From NCBI RefSeq assembly GCF_030144855.1, contig NC_082713.1, positions 52,328,001-52,392,000 of the forward strand: a stretch of DNA of 64,000 bases. The letters are read 5' to 3'. Position numbers and translations under genes: made by a program. Below are positions 37,931 to 51,680 of this stretch, one piece after another; the stretch's first letter is position 1, and every line of letters begins with the position of its first letter. The notes under the pieces were generated by a model that searched no databases, had not been told where the DNA came from, and saw nothing but the letters and a program-made list of their open reading frames with translations. The DNA comes from Hypanus sabinus (lineage: Eukaryota).

Positions 37931-39544
37931 AAAAGCTTTGAAAGTACCAGAGCGTAAGGCTTGGCCATTGATAAAACTATTTAAAAAATATCAGATGCAT
38001 AGGTAATGCCAAAAACTACAAATATAAACACCAACACCAAATACAAAGCAACAAAATATAGAAGAAATATTATCTGGATGGAATAATTTCCAAGTTCTGT
38101 GCAGGTATTTCATGGATATTCACTCAGATTTGACAATATTTAATCAATCTTGTTTATGCTCAGCAAATCATGTGCATTAACAATATTTTTTGTTATCTGC
38201 ACAAGCACACCCTTTCTTTGAACTTTGGTAGCATTCTTTTCCTTGGTGAAGAAAGATATGACTACTTATTCTACTCACACAGTCTATCTTTGGCTACATC
38301 ACCTTCATAGTTCATTCTCAGTCCATCCCTGACTATTTACTGTTCATAACTGTACTAGAATACAAAAAGTTTTGACCAGACTGCTGCACTGAATGCAAAA
38401 AAAGACTGCAGTTGGTGGAAATCTGAAATAAAAAATAGAAGATGCTGAAAGTATGCAGCAGGTTATGCAGAATATTTGGAGAGAGGAAAAACAGTTCATG
38501 TTCCAGGGCAATTGCCCTTCAACGGGAAGCGGCATGCTCTCAACGGAGTTTGTACCGCTGTTCGGGAAGCTTCGGGTTACTTCGGCACCCAGGTCGGAGT
38601 CCTGCTGATGAAACTGAGACTTAAAGATGCTAGAGGACATTGCGGGGTTATTGTTTTAATGGAACACAAATTAGTATTTATTTGTTACAATATTATATAC
38701 TAATTGATACATGGTCATATGTAATTAAGCCTAAAGGATGTCGCAATATTGCAGAGGAAGAAGTGATCTATTTTTGAATCAGTATGATCTCGCACAGCCT
38801 ATGCTATATTACATTACGGCTGAAATGAACGGTTTGTTAGTTACAAAATATTTTAAAGGAGGAACTGAAACAAATGGGTAACACAATTCTGCATTTATTT
38901 TGAAAACGTTGCATTGTGTTAGACAGCGAATTCTGTAGAAAATTCAGTGAAAGTATAGTTGAAAGTTTCAACTATTACTCAAAACTCGATATCCTAAAGT
39001 ATGGTGCAATAAATTTAATATTTCAAGAAATGATAAAGACTAAGTTCTATACTGGAAGAGCAAACTCCCGCTAAATGAAATCACTTTATCTGTGTGCTGA
39101 TTTCCGAAGATACAGTAATTGCTTTACTATGACACATATTCAACGCTGCATGAAAATATTAACTGCAATCTCATGGGTTTACATATTTGAGTAAAATGTT
39201 ATTATTGCATCGTGGATGTTACCTTGATTGTCTACAGCAACCAGGAGATCTTTTAAATGTGTGGAATGCAGCTTTGAGTATTGTTTTTAATATTTTATAC
39301 CAGTCTGTGATTACAAGCACTCTGGTTTATTTCATGTTTGAACAAAGACTTCACGCCGCGATAGATTCACGTTTGATAGAGCACGGGTCATAAAGTGAGA
39401 TTTATTGAAAACTGAAATAAATGGAACAGCGTCTCATGATGAGGTACATTAAAGTCAATCATACGTGAAAAGTAAAAGTTGACAGGACTATTCATCGACA
39501 CAGTGGATGCCGGTGCAGAAAACGAAGAGGAGATTCCTAAGATT

Positions 39545-39712
39545 AGAAACACAGAACAAACTGTTGTATGATCTCAGCGGGTCAGGCGACATCTATGGGG
39601 GAGGGGGTCAAATGTTCTGGTCGAGACTGTCCATCGAGGCCGTCTGACCCCTGAGTTCCTCCAGCAGTTTGCGTTTGTTGCCACAGAGCCGAGCATCTGC
39701 AGTCTCCTGTGT
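39545..39712. repeat. palindromic Penelope-derived short element immediately upstream of KCTD12b
   Basis: Arms caaactgttgtatgatctcagcgggtcaggcgacatctatgg and ccatcgaggccgtctgacccctgagttcctccagcagtttg are imperfect reverse complements. Confidence 0.65.
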
Positions 39713-39728
39713 CTGATGGAAGCGCTGA

Positions 39729-40778
<1,050 letters not shown>

Positions 40779-41607
40779 TCTGCCACCACAAACCTCTGCC
40801 CACCAAACCCTCAAGTGATTAGACCTAAACCCGACCCACCATCCTTAGAACAGACCCTCTGCTCCTCCAGCTTTCAAACTCCATGTGCCATCCCTGCCTC
40901 ACCTAGTTTACCACGCTCTCCGATACATTTGGATGGATGAACTTTTCTGAAGTGTTTGTTTTATTTTTAATTTTAGAGACACGACGCTGTTTATTAAACT
41001 AGTGCATTTAGTTTTTAATCAAGCACAAAGTTTAGTTGTGTGTGTGCGTGTTTGGATGTGGTGCACACTGGGTGTTGGCACATGTCCCGGTGCCTTCAGC
41101 AGCTTAGTTAATCGCGTTTGACGTAAAACAATTGGGGGAAAATGAAGTATTTCCAGTGGCAGAAAAACTGATACGGCGGCGAACGGTAGAGGCATGTAAA
41201 ATTAACCGATTTTGGAAATTTTCAGGTGGAGGCTATTGAACCTTCATTGCGTTATGAACAGCAAACTGCGTTATGTGCTTCTTTCCAAGAATATTTAAAG
41301 GGAAGGTTGATCGAATATGGCGAGACAGTGTTTCTAATTACAGCACGACAATGCCAAATAGTGACTTTAAAATGCCATTTTTTTTTGACAGCGGGGCGTA
41401 CTAAGTTCCACAAAATGCGGTTTGTATCTTAAACTAAGTGTTTGCCAAATAACGCGTAGCCTTTAAATAAGATAAATGAATTCAAATTTCATAGTGAAAT
41501 TATTGTTGTTAAAATTTGGATAACACTGCATAAGTTTCTGTTAAGACATTTATGCAGATTTTCCATAAATTAATGTTTCTTATGATATGCGTTATGTGAT
41601 GTATAAA

Positions 41608-41613
41608 AATAAA
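41608..41613 (+). promoter_or_regulatory. candidate polyadenylation signal of the unspliced KCTD12b mRNA
   Basis: AATAAA about 830 nt downstream of the stop; other AATAAA sites at ~42092 and ~42447. Confidence 0.35.
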
Positions 41614-43915
41614 GCTATTTTGTGATTAGAACAAATGCCAAAGTCTTGACATTTTAATTTGTACCTTGATTTAAATATAAGTTATTCTGTTACATGACTT
41701 TATAGCCTGCTTTCCATAGCATAAGTTGTATTTGTCAGGTTGAACACCAGGTTGGTGAACACTGAAGGAGCATTCTAAATCTGATGATTTACATATCTTT
41801 GATAAAGCAGATATACAACTTCAATACAGTCAATAGAATAGGTATACTACAATCAGCTAATAAATTATGAAGAACAGTATAAGTGCTGTCGTTGTTGTTC
41901 TGTTGGCAAGACATTTTCATTTAACATTGATTCACAGAGGCTTCAAGTTCCTGCTGAACAGGTATAAGTATTCAGTGCATAGTGTATATGCAGCTGATAG
42001 AAACTACTGTACAGAGTCAGTGATATTCACTGCTTTCAAGGACAGTAGTCACTGCAGTTTATCAAACTTGTCTTTTAAAAGTTCCCTTACAAATAAATCT
42101 TTGTAGACAATCTCAATTCTGTTTCTCTGTTGTCAATACTTAATGCACAACTCTTTTGAATATCTGTATTTTCATTTTATGAATGTTTATAATGGGAGTT
42201 TATATTAATGCTCTGTCATTTGATGTGCATTGTAGCTCTTAACATAAACATGCATGCACAAATGCACACATGTATAGCCTAAACTCTAGCTTGAATTCAA
42301 TAAGGATTGGAAAATGGATTTGAACATATTCAGGTACCATTCTTCAGAAGCAGAAGGGGCCACTTGGCCCATCATCGCTCTACTTGCTAGTAGATTTTCC
42401 GCCAATCTTAAGGATAGTTCGAAGGGGTTTTCTGTATAACATTTTTAATAAATAGTCAAATGGAAATTAAAATCTGAGATAATTACAGAGAATAACAACA
42501 AAATTTATAGAGAGGGAAACAATGTTAGAGGTCTTCACAGTAAATATTCTCATACTGAATTGTGATTTCACTGTGGTGGACAGCTAAAATAGAGTACAAA
42601 GGGACCTTATTGGATTTATTATTCCATATTTATTTAATTTTAGAAAGTTATAAATGTCCCTTTTCATCTTTCAAAGAGCATTTTGCATGAAGGTGCAAGT
42701 TGTGAATCAATTGGTAGCACCATTGATTGTTTTAGGAAGTGGTGTGTTCATGCGGTGCTCCATCAACTTGAACACAAAATCCAAGCTGATACTTTTAGTA
42801 TTTGGAGAGGGCTGCAGTGCTGAACTTGGACTCGAGGCTGAGGCCTCCTCCTCAAGAATTTTTGTTTAATGCATACTATTTTGAAGAAGCTTAATAACAG
42901 GAAATCAGACTATTTGGGTAATATCTCAGTGTTGAGGGAAAGTGGGTATCTATTGTGCAGTGCAATTATAACCACAATTCTGAAATACTTAGTTTGCTGT
43001 AAATAGGTTTTGGGTGAGCTGAATTCATGAAAGATACTTTATGAAGATAATTTTTAAAAATAAATGTTCATTATCCTGGTCATAACCTGTAAACAGCAAT
43101 GCACTCTTTCTAGTGGGTGGAGTGATAATGATAAAGATGGGCAGTTAAACATAAGCTTGGAAATGCTAAGTACATTAATGTATTACTGGATCTATTTCTA
43201 GTGTTAATGCAATTTAATAGGATGCTTGAGGCATTCTGGCATCCTGCAGAAGAAACATTGCAATTTTCTAACAACAAATATGAGTTTCTTCACAATCACT
43301 GCTATAAAAATGTAGTCAACTGGTCTATTCCATACTTCTTTATTAACTGAGAGTTCGCCCTTAAGGATTGCCTTCATAGATGTTGCATGGTCTGGGAAGC
43401 CAAAATTACCTGTAAAAATAGTAACATGTTGCTTACACATTCTCCTTGCTGTGCTTCAGCAGTTACTAACTATATAAGTGTTCTGTCAGAGCTTCCTTTC
43501 GTAGTGAAACATTATAAAGAATTCTGTTTAACTCCTTCCTTTATTATATTTTAATAGTAAAACCTGTGATATTAATGGCTAGCTAATAGATATTTTTAAG
43601 ACTGAAAATGTCACAGAACTTTGTGTTAGAGAAATATCGTTGAATCAAAAATTTCTCCAGAAATTGGACAATCCATCTCACTCTCACAGAAGACCTTGTG
43701 TGGGAAGCTGTTTTGACATTTCTAATTAAGTTTCAATCTGGAAAGCTTGCAGTGATTACAACTGGTGGACTTAATGTTGTTTGTCTCTATTGCCTTTTCT
43801 GCTTGTGTTGTCCCTTGATGTTAACAGTACTAACTTCCTCTTGTGTTTTTGTTGGCTCTGAAGTGGTTGATGAAGTCAATGTGGGAATTGTAGATGGTTT
43901 CACAATTTAATTTGG

Positions 43916-44850
43916 TATTACGTACCCCATAACTGGGTGTCTGACCAGCAGAGAAAGAAGAATCTGTTGGAGTCTGGTGGTACCAAACTAAAGGTGTTTA
44001 TTAGTAAACTACACAATACAATATCAAAAATGCAAATATACATATAAAATAAGTTAGCAGTAATAAACCTAAAAGTGTAGGAATAATAATAATCAATAAT
44101 AAACAAGCCCTATCCATGTCTAGGGGTAACTGAGTTGTCATAGGAAAGTAGAGTTCAGTTCATAAATGCTGAAGTAGTTATGGTTGTTGTATTGAAATCA
44201 TTGGAGAGAGCGAGAGCGAGTGAGATGTAACAGCAACAGCTGCGGCAGGCAAACCTTTTGTGGCTTTCTTAATCCGTCGTATCATTGTGATCATTCAGTT
44301 ATGACCCCTCTGTTCTTCAGCTAGACCATTCTTCTGTGGTGGACTCGTCACTCTGGCATGAGTGGACACACACACAAGTCCCCACCAGCCCTGCCGTAAC
44401 ACTGTGAGCTTTACTGACCAATCTCCTGATTCGGTCTCCAAAGCCCCCACCTTTCTGTGGGTTCCCAACACTCAGACAGTGTCCACTGGTGTATCTGAAG
44501 AGTGTCTCTCCAGACCTGTCTTTTATTTCCACTCACGGGGTCTCAGCTATCCATCAACTCTGAATGACCGTGTCCATCAAATCAGGCCACTCCTGCTATC
44601 TCCTGAGGAATGTTAATGAGCAAAGTAAAGTCCTTGTAGTGGAAGGTAAATAATCCAGGAAGAGTTAAAATACAGTAAATCAACAGTTTCTCTCCCCCCC
44701 TTATCTGTAGCAGATGTTCTTGCCTGTGTTTCATCTCTCTCTCATGAGCAGCATAGCAACAGCAATAGTTCGTAGTTCTCAGGAGGGGGGGGTTGAGAAT
44801 GGTTAACTCTGCACCCCATTGACCATCAGGTCTGTTCATCACTCATAACA
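43916..44850. mobile_element. probable solo LTR (~935 bp)
   Basis: Termini TATTACG...CATAACA (degenerate TGTTAYG/CRTAACA inverted ends); flanks ttgg/gtgg resemble a 4-bp TSD with one mismatch; non-coding, with TTTATT (minus-strand polyA signal) at ~43997. Confidence 0.55.
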
Positions 44851-45584
44851 GTGGTGAGTGGGTAGGCAGTCTGGTGGTCCTTTGGCTGCTTCTGCTGGGC
44901 TTCTGTATGCTCCCATTATTTGGATAAAAGATGCTTAATACCACCACAAAAGCAACTTGACTTTGAGCAGTCATTCATCAGTTTCCCAGGAGTCCATAAG
45001 GAAGTTGCATCCCCTCAAGGAGGTCTTGAGCACACAAATGAATCTGTCACTGGTAAAATCTTGCAATGAGACCTCACAGTTGGTGTTTTTGGGAATTTGA
45101 TATTGAACCAATGAGCAACTTGACCTGATCAATTTAACCAATTGAATCTTACTAGTCATTGTAGGTATATCAGACTGGGAAAGGAAACTTGTTGTTCCAG
45201 TAAGTGATTTTGTGTGAAATTTGGGTGATCTTTGCAAAGACCTATTGGTAATATTTTTCCAGAAACTTGAGCTTCCTGCAGTATGTGTCCAGGTCTCAGA
45301 AGGATATAGGGCTTTGTGTCAGGTGTAGGGTATGGAACTTAAATGCACTTTTTCCTCAAATAACCCAAGTTGACAGTGCATTGTAGTGAATTTCATCATC
45401 AATGTCTACTTTTGTTAGATATGGGAAATAGTTCACACTTTCCAGACTTAATTTTTGGAAGGCTGTATGATGTACCTTAGCAGTTTAGCAAAAGACCTTT
45501 GTTTGCAGGATATTGAGTGTAATGTTCACCCTCTTGTGTACATTAATGATGGTTCAGATGATTAACCTCTCAGTGTGAACAAAT

Positions 45585-46410
45585 TCAGAATCAGGTTTAT
45601 TATCACTGGCATGTGACGTGAAATTACTTAACTTAGCAGCAGCAGTACAATGCAATACATAATATAGAAGAAAAAACCCAAAATAAAATAAGTAACTCAA
45701 TTACAGTATACATATATCGAATAGATTTTAAATTGTACAAAAAAAGAAATACTATACTGTGTATTATAAAATGAAGTTGTGTCCAAGGGTTCAATGTCCA
45801 TTCAGGAATCGAATGGCAGAGGGGAAGAAGCTGTTTCTGTATCACTGACTTCAGGCTTCTGTACCTCTTACCTGATGGTAACAGTAAGAAAAGGGCATGC
45901 CCTGGGTGCTGGAGATCCGTAATAATGGTTGCTGCCTTTCTGAAACGTGGCTCCTTGAAGATGTCCTGGTTACTTTGTAGGCTGGTGCTCAAGATGGAGC
46001 CGACTAAATTTACAACCCTCTGCAGCTTCTTTCAATCCTGTGCAGTAGCACACCCCCACCCCCCCTCATACCAGACAATGATGCAGCCTGTCAGAATGCT
46101 CTCTACAGCACATGTATAGAAGTTTTTGAGTGTATTTGTTGGCATACCAAATCTCTTCAAGCGCCTAATGAAGATTAGCCGCTGTCTTGCCTTCTATATA
46201 ACTGCATCAATATCTTGGGACAAGGTTAGATCCTCAGAGATTTTGATACCCAGGAACTTGAAAGTGCTCACACTCTCCACTTCTGATCCCTCTATAGGGA
46301 TTGGTATGTGTTCCTTTGTCTTCCCCTTCCAGAAGTCCACAATCAGCTCTTTTGTCTTACTGATGTTGAGCGCCAGGTTGTTGCTGCGACACCACTCCAC
46401 TAGTTGGCAT
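45585..46410 (-). mobile_element. Rex1-type LINE 3' part
   Basis: WCRSNNLALNISKTKELIVDF, FKFLG; homologous to 2090-2832. Confidence 0.85.
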
Positions 46411-48309
46411 TGTCTGCAAACTGCATCTTCACTGATTTAGTTCTAGAGTGTAATTGTCTTTGGATGAAGGGTTTAACATTAGTTTTAATGATCAGTATTA
46501 TTTCTTGTGGAAATTTATTCAGGATGTAAGGAGGATTGAGGGAAGTTGTTCCATTCTTCAGGATCAAGCCCTACATTGCTCCCCAGAATTCAATTGTCAC
46601 ATTATATGTAAAAAAAAAGAGTTAACGATTTTAACTGCATTAATCAGCTCATGGGAGAGTTGGAGCTTAAGGAGGAAAATTTGACAACTTGGCCTGTCAA
46701 CTGAGGGATACTTGTGTGAAATGCATATCTTGTTAGTTTGCCTTTGCAATTTAAAATCAGTCTATTTTATTCACTGAAAATTCAAGACACTTGAGTCAGG
46801 TACATCAAAGTGAATCAAAATTAACATTTTGAACTGAGGACTCAGACCTGGAAAACAGTGAAAACTAATTAATTTTGAGCTTCAGAGAGCATATAGGGAA
46901 GGATGAAGGGAATGCATCATATGAGTGGTAATTGAATGTAATATCATTTCATAAAATTATAAAAATTGAAGGGAGTGTTATGAAACAAAATATTTCAATG
47001 ATCATTTCATAGATTTAGTATGTTTCTAGGCAGGAGTCTTTGTAATATTTCAGGATCATGTGATATGCTACTGATTCAGTCAGATTTTTAAAAAATCTTA
47101 GTGTTACAGTTCGAGAGGAATTGTTTACCATGCATTTTTCAGGCATGTCAATTAAGATTTAAGCCATTAATGTAGTAAAAATGTCCAAGTGCTTGAAATA
47201 GAGTTGAGGACCACAACAAGGGTGCTGACTAGGGTTGAAGAAAGCAATGGCAATAAATAAGGGACCAAAGTCTGGATGGCTTAGAGTTAGAAAGTGTAAT
47301 TGTATGTGACCTGCGAGCTCTTTTTTTTCTTCTTACATGGAGGGCTGTAGAAAATTCCTGACCAACGGACTCAGGTGGATATGGATGGTGAAGGACATAA
47401 GGAAATGTTGACATGCTATAGGAAAGTTGAGAATACAAACAATGCCTGCATGGGAAGTGTAGGCATTGAAACAAAACCTGGAACTGTATAATTAAACGTG
47501 GATCATGAACAAACTACTATCTTGTGTAGATTTCACTTTAGGGCTTGATTTAATCTTGAGAGAACTGATTCAGCCAGCAATGTGACAATATGCAGAGACT
47601 GTAACCATTTAACATTTACTGTTCAGGGCTAAAAGAAATTATAATGTATATCTGGTTTAAAATGGAGTGACATTTTGTCAGGTTAATCATACATTACGTA
47701 AACTCCTCTTAGGGAGGAGTTTATCTTAATAATCTGATTTAAAAGGCATTTTTAAATCAATGTATGTTTGGTCACGTAAATTTAGATTTAAACATTACAA
47801 TTTAAGATTTTATTTCCTCAATTTTTGGCCAAATGGGAGGTATGTAACCATGGTTGTTGAAAACCACAACCACTGTTCACAACAGTGATACTTTGCAGAG
47901 TAGTGCTTGTTGACAAACAGGACAGGATTTATTTTCATTTTACTCTTGCTAACCCATGATTCCTAGACCAATTACGCTGACATTCAGTTCAGGCAAATTG
48001 ATGCTGATTAGAATCTATTGCGTAAGTAAAGAAACTTGGTTTCATGTATTTACAACTAAGTTACATTAATTTTCACATCTAGGCACGTAGCTCTTACCCA
48101 TGTTGTAAATGAGTAATAATACAGGATATAGAGGGCTGATAGTTCCACTGTGTTTCTATTACAAAATCCTGATCCATTATTTAAAGGTAAGAGAAGGAAA
48201 AAGTAAAAGATCAATGTTAATATTAAATAGCACATTCAATAGCTATTGGCTCTTGATAGTTTTTCACTTGCACACTGCATTAGGATCAAAATCATCAGAA
48301 TTGTATCAG

Positions 48310-48377
48310 GTGTGTGTGTATATGTATGTGCATGTATATGTGTGTGTGATATATATATATATAGATATATATATATT
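48310..48377. repeat. compound (TG)/(TA) microsatellite
   Basis: gtgtgtgtgtatatgtatgtg...atatatatatatagatatatatat. Confidence 0.8.
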
Positions 48378-48864
48378 TACAGACATTACAATAGGCCTGT
48401 ATCTTCCTACCCATGGACCCTCCTCAAAACATTCTAAAGCACTTTACAGCCAAGAAAGATCTTAGGAAATACAGTAGCTGTGGTAATGTAGGAAATGTAG
48501 ACAATTAATACTTCCACATTGCCAAAATATGTGATAATTAACAGATAATTAATATTTTTCAGAAATTTTTGTTGAGTCCTCTCTTTGTCAATGTAGAGGA
48601 TAGCTGTCCTTGTTTTCTTCAGGAAGTGTTGGATAGTTTTAAATCTAGCCAAAGAAAGAAATAGGACTCAATATGTTAAATAGTGGCACCTCTGAAGATA
48701 GGAACCTTAAAAGATGGAATATTCTCCCTGCACAAACCAGAAGCATAAAGGTCATTGATTTTTTTCCTCAAAGGTATATTGGCAAAGTGAATCATCCATA
48801 GAATCCCACATTCACATCTTGATACCAAAGTCAAATAACTTCTACATGAAATTTGGCAAAAAAT

Positions 48865-49125
48865 GGTGTGTAGCATAGCACTATTACAGCTTGAGGCATC
48901 AGAGTTTGGAGTTCAAATCCAGAGCTGCCTGTAAGGAGTTTGTATGTCCTCCCTATGGAACGCGAGGGCTTCTCCGGATGCTCTGGTTTCCTCCTTAAAA
49001 ATGTACTGGTTCGTAGGTTAATTGATCATTGTAAAGTTTCCTGTGGTTAGTCTAGGGTTAAAGCAGGGGTTGATGGCAGGGTGGCTCAAAGGGTTGGAAA
49101 GGCATTTCTGTGCTGTATCTCCAAA
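48865..49125 (+). repeat. tRNA-derived V-SINE/HE1-like SINE
   Basis: Box-B-like ggagttcaaatcc, then ctgtaaggagtttgtatgtcctcc and ggtttcctcc core. Confidence 0.7.
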
Positions 49126-50536
49126 TTTATCTATTTATGCATGAAATTTGGCAAAATGTTTATAATGGCATTTATTATAATTGCACTGATAAGTTAGACC
49201 TTTATTTGTTTATGAAGATAATGTTGTGGGATATTTTACATCCAGCTGAAGGAAGAGCAAAGCACACTCACAAAGCCTCATTTCAAATTGCAGCTCTCTA
49301 AGAGAGTCAGCTACTTCTCTTCAACCATCAGGTTCTGAATTGGCCTATACAACTGAATCCCACCTCACTTACCACCTGTCGAACTTCCATGAACTTGTAT
49401 TTGTTTTCTCCTTTGGCACTGATGTCTTGTTTTGCCCAATTGTTTTCACTGTCTTCTATAACTTATATTCCATGTGTTGTCTAAAGCTGGATGCCTGTGT
49501 GTTGCCATGAGAAGTTTTTCATCATATCTGTATCTCGCTGCATTGTGTGCACATGATAATTTAATGGACGTGAATTGACTTAGAGCTGTATTAGAGACAG
49601 GATTATCATAAATAGTGTTACACAAGCCTTTTAGTTTTAGAAATTGATTTCAGTAGAATTTGAGTATAATTTAAGATGGAACCATTACATATCAATTACA
49701 TCAGTTTGAGTTCCAGTCATTGAGCACTACAGCACAGAACTGGACTCTTTGGCCCATCTGGTTAATGCCGAGTTGTTATTCTGCCTAGTCCCATCACCCC
49801 AAAGTTGAACCATATCCCTCCATGCCAAATTGAGTTCCCAAATATTTATAAAAAACAGGTTTTGAACTTGATACCATGCAGCAAGTGCTAAATGTCAAAT
49901 TAGACAGACCGTAATAAATGGCACTACATTCAGTAATGGCAATATCTTTAACAGTGATATAATGCAATTTTAAATGTTATGAAATGAATTTTAACCCAAC
50001 TTGATTGGCATGAAACTGACAGGATTGGTTGAATGGCAGTTTTACACCACACAATTCAGCAGATGGGAATAGAACAGTTAGGATGTTAACATTTTCTGAA
50101 TTGTTTGAATGTTAGCAAAGGCCAAAGTGAGCTCAATTCCATTAATTTGTGGAGTTTACTGCATTTCAGACAGGAGAGAAAATCAATCTGTTGAGCTGAA
50201 AAGTTAATGTCCACGTCATGGTACTTAAGTAAAAAGCAGCGGAAAGAGGAATTCTAAACATCGATGGTCAATGATAATTAAATAATTGATATTGTGATGT
50301 TTTCAAAGCTTCACTAAGAAATTTTTAGGTTTTCCTAAAATAATTTTTCTTGATTAGGTGCCAAATGAATAGATGCGTCTCTTTTGGAATATAAATGTTA
50401 TAATGGTTTTTATTTCACCGTGGTACTAAAGTAATTTATTACAATAAGTCAGAGAATGAATTCTTTACTGCGTAGCTGCAACTAAAAAAACTTTAGTTTA
50501 CTATCAAGCTGTGCCCTGTTTTTTTTTTCTGATTAG

Positions 50537-50590
50537 GTTCACCCAGGTCCTCGAGTCAGTTCTGTGTCACCAATCAGCTCAGCAGAGCAG
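50537..50590 (+). CDS. candidate 54-nt internal exon (phase 1-1), in frame with the KCTD12b donor
   Basis: Long T tract and acceptor ...tttttttctgattag|; strong donor GCAG|gtaagc; open frame (R)SPRSSSQFCVTNQLSRA. Could instead be a non-coding exon. Confidence 0.5.
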
Positions 50591-51084
50591 GTAAGCAAAT
50601 TCCACTGCGAAACTAAGGTTTGAGCTCTATGTTGAATAACTTTTGAGTTACTTAGTTAGTTACTTAGTAAAAACTCTTTCTAGTATGTTAAGACAGCAAT
50701 GTTTTGCTTCTCAATTCTTGCCTCTTGTGTGTGACTTTTAAAAGTCATTCCTAATGCTGTGATCAATATTGTTTGACTTATTTGTCTTCCCTCTTGCTGA
50801 TCCAGCATGATTCTTGTATTGTAAATCAGAAAAATAGGGTTACCTATCTTTATTTTAAATCAAAACTAAGTGCTGGAAATATACAGCATGTCAGGCAACA
50901 TTTGTGGAGACAGAATTTCAACAGAACTTGGAAAGGTTAGAGGTAAAAAGGGAACAAGTTGGTGACGGAAGCAGTTTGAATCAAACTTTTGAGAATCTAC
51001 ATAATGGCAGAGTATTTTGCTATGTATGCCATTGTTTGTATGTACCAAACAACAACTGAAAGCAAAGATTGACAGCTCAATAAG

Positions 51085-51680
51085 ATTTAAAACTGTTTAA
51101 TGTAATTTCCAGTACACACATGCAAAGGAGAACAAAATAGTTGTAACTCTGAATCTGATGCAGCACAAAAAACCCACAGTAAGATAAAGAACACAATAAT
51201 AATTAAAAAACAGAATAAGTATAAATACATATGATAGCCTGTATGCATTGATTGTATGTCCATAAAGTGATGTCTGCACAGGGGTGTTTGCACATGAGGT
51301 GACTGACAGGAAATGATCCTGGTTGGGGGTGTGGAGCGGTAGGATCGTGGGTGGAGGCGTTGATCAGCCTTACTGCTTGGGGAAAGTAACTGCTTTGAGT
51401 CTGGTGGTCTTGGAGTAGATGCTACATAGCCTTCTGTCTGGTGGGAGTGGGAAAAAAACAGTCCAGGGTGGATAGTATCCTTCATGATACTAATTCCCTT
51501 TTCTGGTACCTTTCTGTATATATGTTCTTAATGGCAGGGTAGGGTGACGTTGGTGATGCATTGGGCAGTCTTGACTACCCATTGCAAAACCTTCCTGTCC
51601 ACTGCAGTGCAGTCTCCGTACAATATGGTGATGCAGCTTGTTCAGGTGCTCAGTACAGCGCGTCTGTAGAATGACGTGAG
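51085..51680 (-). mobile_element. Rex1-type LINE 3' part
   Basis: MKDTIHPG.. and FYRRAVLST..SCITI-like segments; LINE-type 3' tail. Confidence 0.7.
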
